Positions 38,407 to 48,115 of a stretch of 64,000 nt of DNA are shown in pieces. Each line of letters opens with the position of its first letter. Position 1 is the first letter of the stretch. The stretch spans positions 186,001 through 250,000 of IMG/VR virus record IMGVR_UViG_3300044712_000810. One strand, given 5' to 3'. The position numbers and the translations under genes were made by a program. The notes under the pieces were generated by a model. It did not search any database, was not told the DNA's origin, and saw only the letters and a program-made list of their open reading frames with translations.

Positions 38407-39902
38407 AAAACCTTCCTGTAATATTTATCAATCATATCTCTAACTATAGTTTTATCATTATACATATCATAAAGTGCAAATATTAAATGTTGTGGTACAC
38501 GCATATGATATGGATTTAGATAATTAAGAGATATATTGTGTAATTTTGTTTTATATTCTTCAATTTCATGAAAGTCGAGTCTATCAATTTCGCGATATGC
38601 GGGATATTGAAACTCTGTAGTTGGGTCTTCTTCAGGTTTGACTTGTAAAGTCTTGTCCTTATTCAATGATGGAATACGAACAATCGACACATTTTTATTA
38701 AATTCAAGACCATACTTGTGTGGGTTTTCATAAAAATCACTACCGGCGGTCATATAAAACCGACTAAGTGTAATTTCATCAATATGTTTTATATTTTTCT
38801 TTATTAGAGCAATAGTAGTGCCAACTGTTGTTTCATCATCATATGGAAACCCAATAATAAAATTAAGTAAATTCCATATACCAACTTCACTACTATCCTT
38901 AGTACGTTCAAGTATTTCATCTCTGTTTGTATTCTTATTAATATATTTCAACATATCATTATGAAGACTTTCAGCGCCAAAACATAGTATTCGGCAACCG
39001 GCATCATATAACATATGAAAAAAATCTTTACTAGTATTATGAAAACAACATGAATTTGACCATTTGATATTCAAATTCTTTTTAATAAACCAATTACATA
39101 ATCTTTCGGCATATTTTATAGATGGATTAACAGAACTATCTTTAAAGAATAAAGTATTTACACCTTGATCATATAATTTTAATATACAATCATACAATTC
39201 ATTCTCATCTGGTATACACAATTTACTTTGTTGCCGACAGTAGGCACATTTATTGGGACAACCACGAAATGATATGATTGATGATTGAAAAATGTATTTA
39301 TTTGGATTTGGCCGAAGATCTGGAAATCCATATTGATCTAAAATTTCTTTATATGAATATCTTAAATCATTTTGATTTTCAGGTAATATACTTGTGTAAA
39401 AATCATCTACATGATTATGGTTATTTGTACCATTTAATAAATTGTCAAGATCACACTTATCGTTGATATTTTTATTATATATAATATCAACGATATTTTT
39501 ATTAATATTTTTTTGTATCTTCAATGCTTCTTTTCCACCAACTATTATTTTTGCTGATGGGAATCGTTTTCTTAAATACTCTAAAATTAAAATATTCAAG
39601 TCAATTGTCTTATTTCTTCCCATCGAATGATCTTGACGATGAGGCAGACAAGAACATAATATATAATTGTATGATTCTTTTAAATTTAAAGAATCAAACA
39701 TTTCATTCAAATTTATATTATTACAATTTTGATATCGTTTTGATAATAATACATCAAGATCGTAATAATCAACAACATCATCTTTTAAGTATTTAGCAAA
39801 AAGAGATAATGCGTAACTACTAAATCTCATTGGAACTGAATTAATTTCATTTTTATCTAATGTAAATAAACAAGGCATAGTTAATAATAAAAACGTACGC
39901 AC
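38403..39902 (-). CDS. B12-binding-domain radical SAM protein (paralog of 36042..37700)
   Basis: KIIVGG, RGCPNKCAYC, AGC..FGAES, FIIGFP; GTG start behind AGGAGG. Confidence 0.8.
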   Translation of the reverse strand: MRTFLLLTMPCLFTLDKNEINSVPMRFSSYALSLFAKYLKDDVVDYYDLDVLLSKRYQNCNNINLNEMFDSLNLKESYNYILCSCLPHRQDHSMGRNKTIDLNILILEYLRKRFPSAKIIVGGKEALKIQKNINKNIVDIIYNKNINDKCDLDNLLNGTNNHNHVDDFYTSILPENQNDLRYSYKEILDQYGFPDLRPNPNKYIFQSSIISFRGCPNKCAYCRQQSKLCIPDENELYDCILKLYDQGVNTLFFKDSSVNPSIKYAERLCNWFIKKNLNIKWSNSCCFHNTSKDFFHMLYDAGCRILCFGAESLHNDMLKYINKNTNRDEILERTKDSSEVGIWNLLNFIIGFPYDDETTVGTTIALIKKNIKHIDEITLSRFYMTAGSDFYENPHKYGLEFNKNVSIVRIPSLNKDKTLQVKPEEDPTTEFQYPAYREIDRLDFHEIEEYKTKLHNISLNYLNPYHMRVPQHLIFALYDMYNDKTIVRDMIDKYYRKVL

Positions 39903-39951
39903 AACTCCTCCTAAATTGGGTGGACCCAAACAAGCGTCCACCCTTCACACA

Positions 39952-41727
39952 TTAACTAGCTGAATATAACCATGTTGTTCCAGAATAAATAAACTCTACT
40001 CTGGCCCATGCAACGTCAACTGTAAGATCTTCTGCGACACCGCGAATGGTTGAACCATTGCGTATAACTATAATATTGTTTGTAGCAAACATGCCTTTTT
40101 CATCTATTAAACATACACGATCACCTTGTGATGGTGATGCTGGAAGCGTAAAGTTAAAACCAGCAGTTGTTGTATCAGCAATAACATAATCTGATGCGAC
40201 TGCTGTATATGCTGCGCTTTTCTTAAGAATTGTCCAACCACCGCCGCCACCAGATGCTGAAACAACTCCAGATCCATCAATTGAAAGACCTGAACCAATT
40301 TTAATAACACCGGCAACCGATGCTGATGCAGTTGGAAGTGTTGCTGAAGTTAATACATCATTTCCACCAACTTGAAGTTTAGTTCCTGTCCAAGTAATGT
40401 TTGATGATGTTGTGAACTTTCTTGTTGAGTTATCAAAGTATGGAACACCATTATTTACTGGTGAATCTTCACGTGTGGCAACAACTTGTTGATCATTTAC
40501 CATACCAACTGTAAATGCATCTTTTGTTTCATCGAAAATAAATTTATAATCGGTGAGTGTTCCACGATCAACTTGAATACCAGCTTCACCATTTGTTACG
40601 CCGGCTCCAGTTTCACCAGAGTTTACTTCAATTAAGTTATCTTTTGCTGTAATTGAAGTAGTATTAACAGTTGTTGTTGTTCCACTGACTGTTAAGTTAC
40701 CTGTAATTGTTACATCACCAAGACCTGTGATTGTTTTTCCAGTAAAGTCAACAGGTGAATTAAATTTAACGGTTGATGCATTAAAGTTAGTTTCGCCTAT
40801 TGAAGTGAATTGTACTTGTGAACTTGTACCAGAAGCAACAAAACTAATAATACCACCGGATGATTGGTTTTGGAAAAGAATGTTTTTATTTGCATTATTT
40901 GATGGGACTGTTGTTTCGACTCCACCCTTAGCATTTGTTGTAACAGTAGAATCGGAAAGAAGATTTACATCACCTGTTCCAGTAGTTTTAACTGCTAAAT
41001 CTTGATCTATATCTGTTTTAATTGTAATGGTATTTGAAACATCTTCGATAACTTTCTTATCGTTAACATAAAGTGAACTTGCGCCAACACGAACTTCTGC
41101 TGCATAAATGTTAGCAAAACGATTTGTTGCAGACCCAAGGTTACGTGTATTATCACCATCAGGTAAAATATTACCAGTTACACGGTATGAACCATCAAGT
41201 TGATCTACTGCATCAAGAACACCAGTTGTTGCACCAATAGATAGATTATTACCAACTTTAACACCACCAAGTGCTGTTGCTGTTGCGATTGGTAATGTAT
41301 ATGAACCACCGCCAGTGCCAGTTCCCATACCAGCATAAGAATCACTAGCAGCAAAAACTACTGCTTTACCTCTTATTGCTTCTGTGAAACTTAAATTAAG
41401 ACTATTGGCATCAATAAAACTTGGTTGTGTATTTTGTAATTCATCATTTTCATCATATGCAAAAATACCAACAAGTTTACTATTTAAATTGTGTGTAATT
41501 TGCCATAGTGTTGATAGTGTTTCTTGTGTATGAATATAATATAGCGCTTTATTTGTGAGTGGATACCAAGTTGCAGTTCCTCCAATATTTGCATAAATAT
41601 AGAGGACTTGTTCCATGAAACATATTTGGCCGATTGTTGGTGAATCAGGAAATGAAGTAACATTGTCGAACATTACTGTTGCACCAGCTTTCATCTTTAA
41701 ATTCGCGCGTGTATTTAATTGTGCCAT
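39952..41727 (-). CDS. Tail-fibre protein
   Basis: YTLPIAT..LGGVKVG and LPTAS..GVIKIG repeats, LGS...RF..IY, GNLTVSGTTTTVN..DN.I, C-terminal F..TLPASP..GD domain. Confidence 0.8.
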   Translation of the reverse strand: MAQLNTRANLKMKAGATVMFDNVTSFPDSPTIGQICFMEQVLYIYANIGGTATWYPLTNKALYYIHTQETLSTLWQITHNLNSKLVGIFAYDENDELQNTQPSFIDANSLNLSFTEAIRGKAVVFAASDSYAGMGTGTGGGSYTLPIATATALGGVKVGNNLSIGATTGVLDAVDQLDGSYRVTGNILPDGDNTRNLGSATNRFANIYAAEVRVGASSLYVNDKKVIEDVSNTITIKTDIDQDLAVKTTGTGDVNLLSDSTVTTNAKGGVETTVPSNNANKNILFQNQSSGGIISFVASGTSSQVQFTSIGETNFNASTVKFNSPVDFTGKTITGLGDVTITGNLTVSGTTTTVNTTSITAKDNLIEVNSGETGAGVTNGEAGIQVDRGTLTDYKFIFDETKDAFTVGMVNDQQVVATREDSPVNNGVPYFDNSTRKFTTSSNITWTGTKLQVGGNDVLTSATLPTASASVAGVIKIGSGLSIDGSGVVSASGGGGGWTILKKSAAYTAVASDYVIADTTTAGFNFTLPASPSQGDRVCLIDEKGMFATNNIIVIRNGSTIRGVAEDLTVDVAWARVEFIYSGTTWLYSAS

Positions 41728-41785
41728 AAAAATATCTCCTATTAAATTATTATTTGTTCATTTATATAAACTAATAAAAAAAATT

Positions 41786-41810
41786 TGATCTTGGGAAACC
41801 CCAAGATCAA
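41786..41810 (-). terminator. Terminator hairpin
   Basis: TTGATCTTGGG-AAA-CCCAAGATCAA with T-run on minus strand. Confidence 0.65.
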
Positions 41811-41817
41811 TTAAAGA

Positions 41818-42084
41818 TTAAACTTCAGTTTGTGTAAAATTAACTACGCCCGTTTTATTATCATTCATTGTAAATATGATTTGATACATAACATCTTTAT
41901 TGTTTACATATTTAAATTCAAAACTTTTAATTTTGTTTTCAAGAACATATGATAATATATGTGCCATTACTGCATTTAACTGTTTATCATCACCATGATC
42001 ACAGTATTGTGTACAAATATTTCCAACTTCAAATTTAATAAGGTCTACAATATTCATATCAGTGTAAGCAGTCAACATCTTCAT
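41818..42084 (-). CDS. Hypothetical protein
   Basis: ORF in tightly packed minus operon. Confidence 0.6.
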   Translation of the reverse strand: MKMLTAYTDMNIVDLIKFEVGNICTQYCDHGDDKQLNAVMAHILSYVLENKIKSFEFKYVNNKDVMYQIIFTMNDNKTGVVNFTQTEV

Positions 42085-42428
42085 TAGTTTTCTACCTTTT
42101 GTTTTCCTTCACTCATCCAATCGTCCATCATTTTATTTACGACTTCTGTTGAGTAACCTTTTTCAATTAACTCTTGTGCTTTTTTAATTTTATCTGTAAA
42201 TGCACAATATCTAAGTCCTTCTTGACCTTCTTCATATCCTATTAAATGTGCATCATCAAGTTCTTGTTCATGTCCTTTAGTAATTAATTCCATCATATCT
42301 TTTGTAAATTCTTTACTTACTTCTAAACCATATCTAATTCCAATTTTCTTTCCAGCCATATAACCAAATGCCGTAAAAATTATTGCAAACAAAATTAATA
42401 GTATTGTTGTATTTATATTTAATTCCAT
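42084..42428 (-). CDS. Hypothetical membrane-anchored protein
   Basis: N-terminal TM helix; AGGAG SD. Confidence 0.65.
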   Translation of the reverse strand: MELNINTTILLILFAIIFTAFGYMAGKKIGIRYGLEVSKEFTKDMMELITKGHEQELDDAHLIGYEEGQEGLRYCAFTDKIKKAQELIEKGYSTEVVNKMMDDWMSEGKQKVEN

Positions 42429-42436
42429 AGATTCTC

Positions 42437-42703
42437 CTAATCAATAATATTTGGAGGTGTATCTCTTTCCAAAGGTTCCGAGTATAAAAAATTATCAATA
42501 CTCATAACGACAAAATCAATTTCATCACGATCATCTTCATGTAGTATATGTCCTTGATCTTCTAATAATTGTTTTACTCCATCTTGAAATAATTCAAAGA
42601 ATTCAATCGCTGACATTTTACTTCTAGGAAAACTTATACTAGATTCCGATAAAAGTTTATGAACTTCTGGAGTCATTTTACTCTCCTGTAAGAATGTGAA
42701 CAA
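42437..42703 (-). CDS. Hypothetical protein
   Basis: Likely start MTPEV behind AGGAG. Confidence 0.6.
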   Translation of the reverse strand: MFTFLQESKMTPEVHKLLSESSISFPRSKMSAIEFFELFQDGVKQLLEDQGHILHEDDRDEIDFVVMSIDNFLYSEPLERDTPPNIID

Positions 42704-43139
42704 ATACTGGTTTATTTAACTTTTTCATGTAAGTAATCATGTGTTCGGTTCCTTTTGATTTCCCATCCCAAATAGCAATGAGAATATTTGCATAATTTCC
42801 CATTTGTTCATTTCTTACAAATCCAGCTAACTTATTATATTGATATTCACGTTCTGTAACTCGAGTAATACCAAATCTATCAGTTCTTTCTATTTTTTGT
42901 ATTTTTGTAGCAATAATTTTTTTCTCAACTGAAAGATCTTTCCATAATGCTGGAAAGAAAATTATTTTAAGTTGATTTTCATAACCATACATTTCACCAA
43001 ATGTATCCGCGCCTTTAGCACAACCAGAAATCACTTCAGTTATTTTAAAATTATTAGTTTCACAAATGTTATCAATAATAGTATTAAACTCTGATTGAGT
43101 AATTTTAATATTTCTGGAACCTGCTATTATAACTCTCAT
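42678..43139 (-). CDS. SLOG-superfamily (YspA/DUF2493-like) protein
   Basis: MRVIIAGSR, ISGCAKGAD, AGFVRNEQM, IWDGKSKGT.HM. Confidence 0.8.
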   Translation of the reverse strand: MRVIIAGSRNIKITQSEFNTIIDNICETNNFKITEVISGCAKGADTFGEMYGYENQLKIIFFPALWKDLSVEKKIIATKIQKIERTDRFGITRVTEREYQYNKLAGFVRNEQMGNYANILIAIWDGKSKGTEHMITYMKKLNKPVFVHILTGE

Positions 43140-43144
43140 AGATC

Positions 43145-43273
43145 TTATGAAATTTTCAACCAGGTTAAAAGAGTTATCGCAAAAACTGCTGCGCCGAATA
43201 AAAATACTAGAACCATTTTAAGATCGTGTTTATCATCTTCACGAACTATATTTAACTTGGGAATACTCATCAT
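43145..43273 (-). CDS. Small membrane protein (42 aa, not in ORF track)
   Basis: GAGG SD; MVLVFLFGAAVFAITLLTWL TM segment. Confidence 0.45.
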   Translation of the reverse strand: MMSIPKLNIVREDDKHDLKMVLVFLFGAAVFAITLLTWLKIS

Positions 43274-43381
43274 ACATTTTTCCTCGCTTATATACCTAAA
43301 TATTTCGGCATCCGCCAATTATATGTTATGTTTTTTCAACGCATGAATAATAATAAAAGGGGTTTTATGAATCGGGCCGGA

Positions 43382-43783
43382 TTACTCCAAGCCCGATTCA
43401 GGTATTGCTTTCGGAATTTCGAATTGAATGTTTATTTTCTTAAAAAATTCATCCTCGATTATCTTCACAATCGTTTCGAGTTTACGAGGATAGTATGTAT
43501 TGATGAAATGAAAGAGTTCGACATACTCTGTAGCATTTGAAATGCCAAGATTTTTTTCAATTCCAATTAAAATAGGATGTCTATCTCCTGCAGAGGATTG
43601 TGAAATTCTAGCAGATATATTAAGTTTTTTATTAAATAGTGTTTTACCACTACTTACAAAACCAAGGCATCGCAATATTTTGCGAGAGTGACTAGTGACA
43701 TATGGAGGTACACTATTTGATTGTTTAAATCTTTGACGGAATTCGAAAAGTTTATGATAATACAATTCAAAAAATGATTGCAT
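43382..43783 (-). CDS. Hypothetical protein
   Basis: Coupled to upstream gene. Confidence 0.6.
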   Translation of the reverse strand: MQSFFELYYHKLFEFRQRFKQSNSVPPYVTSHSRKILRCLGFVSSGKTLFNKKLNISARISQSSAGDRHPILIGIEKNLGISNATEYVELFHFINTYYPRKLETIVKIIEDEFFKKINIQFEIPKAIPESGLE

Positions 43784-44107
43784 CTAAATCTCCCTAATTA
43801 AATGTTTGGTCATTAGTTCAGTTGCAAGTTTATAATCGGTCCAATCAGATTTGTACAACATTTGTGGAAAACTACTAACTTTATTACCATTCATATAAAT
43901 CCATGGCACTGCTTCACGATATGTATGATCAAACGAAAATCCAGCATGATATATATTAAAACGTATATTCACCGATGCTAAAAATATAGAAAGATCATCG
44001 CGAACTATATCATGTTGATTTATACCATCTTGATATATTTTTTTATATATCATTTCATTGTATATATCACAAATATTAACAAAATCGAAAAATCGTTTAC
44101 CAGTCAT
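43784..44107 (-). CDS. Hypothetical protein with shared C-terminal tag
   Basis: Ends LMTKHLIREI. Confidence 0.7.
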   Translation of the reverse strand: MTGKRFFDFVNICDIYNEMIYKKIYQDGINQHDIVRDDLSIFLASVNIRFNIYHAGFSFDHTYREAVPWIYMNGNKVSSFPQMLYKSDWTDYKLATELMTKHLIREI

Positions 44108-44475
44108 AGTGCCTCCAACATAGTTTTCATAACTTGAAATTGAAATTCTTCAAGTGTTTCAAAGTTACGAAGAACATACTCATACAATGTGAGTATGTGT
44201 CCTGTTGCATTTTGCACATAAACATATTCACCATGTATAGTTACATATTTATTATATATTAAATTCATAGCTATTTCTTGACGTTTTTCAATAGGAAATG
44301 TATTAAGAAATTCATTAAATATATTACATAAATGTTTAACATCTGCTGTATTTTTATAAATCGACAATTTCGGATTTGAGGATATCGATGTAGATATCAT
44401 CGAATTGTCCGTCATGAAGTTCCTCCAAGTAAGTAAACAATGGCCATGCCCGGTATTGACCAGTCTTTGATCCAA
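44104..44475 (-). CDS. Hypothetical protein with shared C-terminal tag
   Basis: Ends VMKTMLEAL; true start probably near 44370. Confidence 0.6.
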   Translation of the reverse strand: MDQRLVNTGHGHCLLTWRNFMTDNSMISTSISSNPKLSIYKNTADVKHLCNIFNEFLNTFPIEKRQEIAMNLIYNKYVTIHGEYVYVQNATGHILTLYEYVLRNFETLEEFQFQVMKTMLEAL

Positions 44476-44716
44476 TAGTATGGATATTCAAATATATAGC
44501 ATTACGTTTGATATTAAACTGTATAAAGTCAATAGGTTTTGGGCCAGTCCATTTTAAATTATCTGGAGGTCTTATATTGTGAACATTTGATACATCATAT
44601 CCAAGTTTTTTAAATATAAGTTCAACATATCCTGCTAACTTTTCTGTTTCATCATATTTTTCCGGAATTAGGATTTTATTTATTATTTCTTTAATAAAAG
44701 AGAGTTTGTCGTCCAT
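44354..44716 (-). CDS. Hypothetical protein with shared C-terminal tag
   Basis: Start MDDKL behind AGGAG; ends ILKSEIVDL. Confidence 0.7.
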   Translation of the reverse strand: MDDKLSFIKEIINKILIPEKYDETEKLAGYVELIFKKLGYDVSNVHNIRPPDNLKWTGPKPIDFIQFNIKRNAIYLNIHTIGSKTGQYRAWPLFTYLEELHDGQFDDIYIDILKSEIVDL

Positions 44717-44734
44717 ACTTTCTCCTGTTTCAAT

Positions 44735-44792
44735 ATTTCTATATATAACTATCAAATATTAAATTAAACATTCAACTAAATCATATAGAAAT
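44735..44792. promoter_or_regulatory. Divergent pair of ATATAGAAAT motifs
   Basis: Minus copy 44735-44744 and plus copy 44783-44792 at a strand switch. Confidence 0.65.
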
Positions 44793-44799
44793 ATTACTG

Positions 44800-45005
44800 A
44801 TGAAGAAGTGTCCCGCATTGTGTGCGACATTGACTTCATGTGGAGAGAATGCGGTATACCCGGCCAATTCATGTACCGCATTAATGTTCAAGATCTGCTG
44901 GAGGCACAATATGTCTCATGCTCGAGATCGTCCCTAGGAAGATTAAGAACTCAACCCAACTCAGCAATGGCTTTAAGGGGGTCTGCCGGCCCCCTTTTAC
45001 TTTTA
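44800..45005 (+). ncRNA. Candidate structured small RNA (~200 nt)
   Basis: GC-rich island between promoter motif and terminator; three stems at 44801-44838, 44848-44882, 44892-44929. Confidence 0.5.
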
Positions 45006-45019
45006 TTTTTGCACGTTTT

Positions 45020-45029
45020 ATATAGAAAT
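45020..45029 (+). promoter_or_regulatory. Putative phage promoter motif ATATAGAAAT
   Basis: Upstream of GGGGAG SD and ATG 45048. Confidence 0.6.
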
Positions 45030-45047
45030 AATGCAACTGGGGGAGAC

Positions 45048-45566
45048 ATGAAAAGACAAAAAAAGAAAACACAAAGTGTCCTTTTGGACAATGCATTATT
45101 AGATGCTTATCTTTCTATTTTATTAAAGATTAAAAATGACCGTTTATTCAATGCTGTAAATATTTTTTCAAAATATGGTTTCACCGTTGATCGACATAAC
45201 TCGTGGCGTGGCGAATTAATAACAAGACATACAACTAAAAAATATATATATTTAACACCAGATATACGTACATATTTATTAACCGATGAAATGTTAAAAG
45301 AATTAAATTTAGAACATTTAAAGACAACAAAAAGATCAAGTACAGGTGCCATCGAATTAAAATTTCGTCTTGTTTGTGGCGCTATAAATGGTATGTTCTC
45401 TGTTGAATATGATGACTATGAAAAATTATTCTATCAAGGACGTGAACAAATCTTTAGAAAAGAAAAACGAGTATCAGTAGGATATTTCTTTAATAGAATA
45501 TTCACCGACGAACAAAAAGAAACACTATCACTCGACCTTATGAAGGTTTGTCTGGAGAACATATGA
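45048..45566 (+). CDS. Hypothetical protein with shared C-terminal tag
   Basis: Start reassigned to MKRQK; ends LMKVCLENI. Confidence 0.7.
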   Translation: MKRQKKKTQSVLLDNALLDAYLSILLKIKNDRLFNAVNIFSKYGFTVDRHNSWRGELITRHTTKKYIYLTPDIRTYLLTDEMLKELNLEHLKTTKRSSTGAIELKFRLVCGAINGMFSVEYDDYEKLFYQGREQIFRKEKRVSVGYFFNRIFTDEQKETLSLDLMKVCLENI

Positions 45567-45958
45567 GTGAAGCTACTGACCAGAGAGAAAATTTAAGACG
45601 CATTATATTAATATGTGAAAACTTAATCAAACAAGATCAGATGCAATTATCTGAATTTTGTAAAGAATTAGAAAAACTGGAAAGTAAAACAAGAGATATA
45701 AATATTTATTGGACAATGGCACAAATGAGAGCATCTTTAAGAGCAAATATAAATAAAACTAGATATACAAATTTATGTAAAATTGTAAATAAACATGATA
45801 ATAAAAAAATTAAATACATAAGATATTCTAATAAAGGTAAATTTAGCGTAAATACCAAAACAGGGAATTTACATACGTTCTTATTTAATACATTTACAAC
45901 AAAAACTATTACAGATTTTAATGATCGTATGTTAAAAACTCTAGTTGGTAAAATATAA
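45563..45958 (+). CDS. Hypothetical protein with shared C-terminal tag
   Basis: ATGA overlap; ends MLKTLVGKI. Confidence 0.7.
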   Translation: MSEATDQRENLRRIILICENLIKQDQMQLSEFCKELEKLESKTRDINIYWTMAQMRASLRANINKTRYTNLCKIVNKHDNKKIKYIRYSNKGKFSVNTKTGNLHTFLFNTFTTKTITDFNDRMLKTLVGKI

Positions 45959-45969
45959 GGAGGTGTGTC

Positions 45970-46647
45970 ATGTCAATAAATAATAAAATAGCAAGTTTCT
46001 TATTTCAAGATGATTGGAGTGACACAATAGAATATAAAAAACATAAAGAAAAAGTCAAAAAAATTGAAACTAGTGCATATATGAAAAAACCACAAGCGGT
46101 AGATGAAATAATAAATGATCTTAAAGAAAAAATTAAAATAGGTGAAGATATTTCATGTGAATGGTTACAAATATTATTACAAAAACATCCAATATTGACT
46201 AAACAATTAATTATTAATGAATTCAAAAAGTTCTTTGATGGACTTAAGACAATACCAACCGCTCCGGAAGTTACTGCCAAAGTCGATTTAATATCATCTA
46301 TGGCATCGCAACTTTCAAAGGAGCGTGAAGATATAAATAAAAAAACAAAACAATTAGAAATACAAATGAAAAAATATGAAGTACTTAAACAAAATATTGC
46401 TGGACTTGAAAAACAAAAAGCAACACAAATGAAAGAATTGAATTCAATTAAAAGTGAAGTAAATAGACAAAAAAGACTATTACAAAATTCAGCAAATACT
46501 TTAATTCCTGAAGTAACATTAAATTTAAATATCGATCAATTAATACCTAAACTTGAAAAACTTGATATAAATGTTGTAAATGCACTTATGATTCACATGG
46601 ATGATATTAAAGTGATCATACAAAAAGAAATGTTACGGAGAGTATAA
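45970..46647 (+). CDS. Coiled-coil protein, family C
   Basis: Heptad-rich; ends HMDDIKVIIQKEMLRRV. Confidence 0.75.
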   Translation: MSINNKIASFLFQDDWSDTIEYKKHKEKVKKIETSAYMKKPQAVDEIINDLKEKIKIGEDISCEWLQILLQKHPILTKQLIINEFKKFFDGLKTIPTAPEVTAKVDLISSMASQLSKEREDINKKTKQLEIQMKKYEVLKQNIAGLEKQKATQMKELNSIKSEVNRQKRLLQNSANTLIPEVTLNLNIDQLIPKLEKLDINVVNALMIHMDDIKVIIQKEMLRRV

Positions 46648-47069
46648 TGACACGACTTAAAGTGGAAAATGAAATTAATGATATATTATCATCACTAGAC
46701 GGAATAGATGATCCAAAGATATACACTGCAAGTCATTTGGCCGAAGAGCTAGGACTTGTAACAAAAGAAGAGGCATTACTACAAAAATCAAGGTCACTTG
46801 ATCAAAAGGAACGTGAACTTCTTCGTAAGGAATCATTTTTAGCTGATGAACAAGCAAAAGTTAGAAAAAAAATTAATGAATTACAAAATGAAATATCACT
46901 TATACATTCAAGTTTTAATAATATGATTCCAGGGATGGCACTTAATATGGATGTTGAAGATCTTCGGAGGAAGTTATCAAAACTTCCATTCACAGTATTA
47001 GCAGGACTAAGCGAATGGCTAGACCACGCAAAGACAGAAGTACAGAAAGAGATGACGAACCGGATATAA
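46647..47069 (+). CDS. Coiled-coil protein, family C
   Basis: Ends WLDHAKTEVQKEMTNRI. Confidence 0.75.
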   Translation: MTRLKVENEINDILSSLDGIDDPKIYTASHLAEELGLVTKEEALLQKSRSLDQKERELLRKESFLADEQAKVRKKINELQNEISLIHSSFNNMIPGMALNMDVEDLRRKLSKLPFTVLAGLSEWLDHAKTEVQKEMTNRI

Positions 47070-47563
47070 GAGAAATTTATGAAACTGCAACAGATGTTTA
47101 TTTTCCTAATGGATTTGATGCAAGAGATCATAATTTTATGGTATTTATTGAACAACAATATAAAGATTATTGGAATAAATATTATAAAAAACGAATGACT
47201 CCAAGTGCTAAAGAAATTAAAAAACGCACAGAAGAGTTAAATGAACGAGAAACCATATTAACGATTAAAGAACAAGAATTTAAAGATCGTATAAGAAATA
47301 AAGAAGATGACATTCGAGACATTAGTAGAGATTTAAAAGGTAAAGAAATTGCAATTCATCATAAGATGGAATTAGCAGATAAAAGATTAAAACAAATTGC
47401 TGAATCGAATGAAAAAATAATCCCAGAACTTGTATTTGAAATGGATCCTACAGTAATTCAAGAAAAATTAAGTAGGATCAATATGACATTTCTTGATTGT
47501 ATGTTAAATCATATGGACGATCTTAAAGCATTAATACAAAAAGAAATGTTACGGAGGATATAA
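47015..47563 (+). CDS. Coiled-coil protein, family C
   Basis: Ends HMDDLKALIQKEMLRRI. Confidence 0.75.
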   Translation: MARPRKDRSTERDDEPDIREIYETATDVYFPNGFDARDHNFMVFIEQQYKDYWNKYYKKRMTPSAKEIKKRTEELNERETILTIKEQEFKDRIRNKEDDIRDISRDLKGKEIAIHHKMELADKRLKQIAESNEKIIPELVFEMDPTVIQEKLSRINMTFLDCMLNHMDDLKALIQKEMLRRI

Positions 47564-48106
47564 ATGCCAAAAAAAACCAGTCTTTTCGACGATGATGATT
47601 CGCCACTTGTTGCATATTCTAAATTAAGTAAAGGTAAACGAACATATAGACATGAATTCGTCGACTTATCAAAATGTAATCGTAAACAATTTAGAGAAAT
47701 AATCAAAGACATTAATGAATTTTATGAAGATAAATATTCAAAATTAATGACACCAACGGTAAGTCGTCTTCGAAGAGAACAACAGGCATTACGTGATCAA
47801 GTTAAAGCAATAACTGCCAGACATTTTGCATTAGATGAAAAAGAAAAAAGACTTAAAGAAAGAGAAAACAGAGAAATTGAAAATAAAAAAATATTTCTTC
47901 ATAAACGTGAAACTGAAATAGAACATAGAGAAAAAACACTTAAAGATATAAATATAAGAGTATGTGAAAAAATAGTATTTGAATTGAATGAAAAATATAT
48001 AACCGACACAATTTCCGGCATTAATATAACATTTCTTTGTTGTATGCCTGATCATTTAGATCGAATCAAAGAATTAATTCAACGTGAACTACTCAACCGA
48101 GTCTAG
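47564..48106 (+). CDS. Coiled-coil protein, family C
   Basis: Ends HLDRIKELIQRELLNRV. Confidence 0.75.
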   Translation: MPKKTSLFDDDDSPLVAYSKLSKGKRTYRHEFVDLSKCNRKQFREIIKDINEFYEDKYSKLMTPTVSRLRREQQALRDQVKAITARHFALDEKEKRLKERENREIENKKIFLHKRETEIEHREKTLKDINIRVCEKIVFELNEKYITDTISGINITFLCCMPDHLDRIKELIQRELLNRV

Positions 48107-48115
48107 GAGGATCAA

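Noticed and set aside
44808-45047. N-terminal 80 aa of track ORF 44808..45566
   Set aside because: Crosses a terminator and a promoter motif; ATG 45048 has a proper SD.
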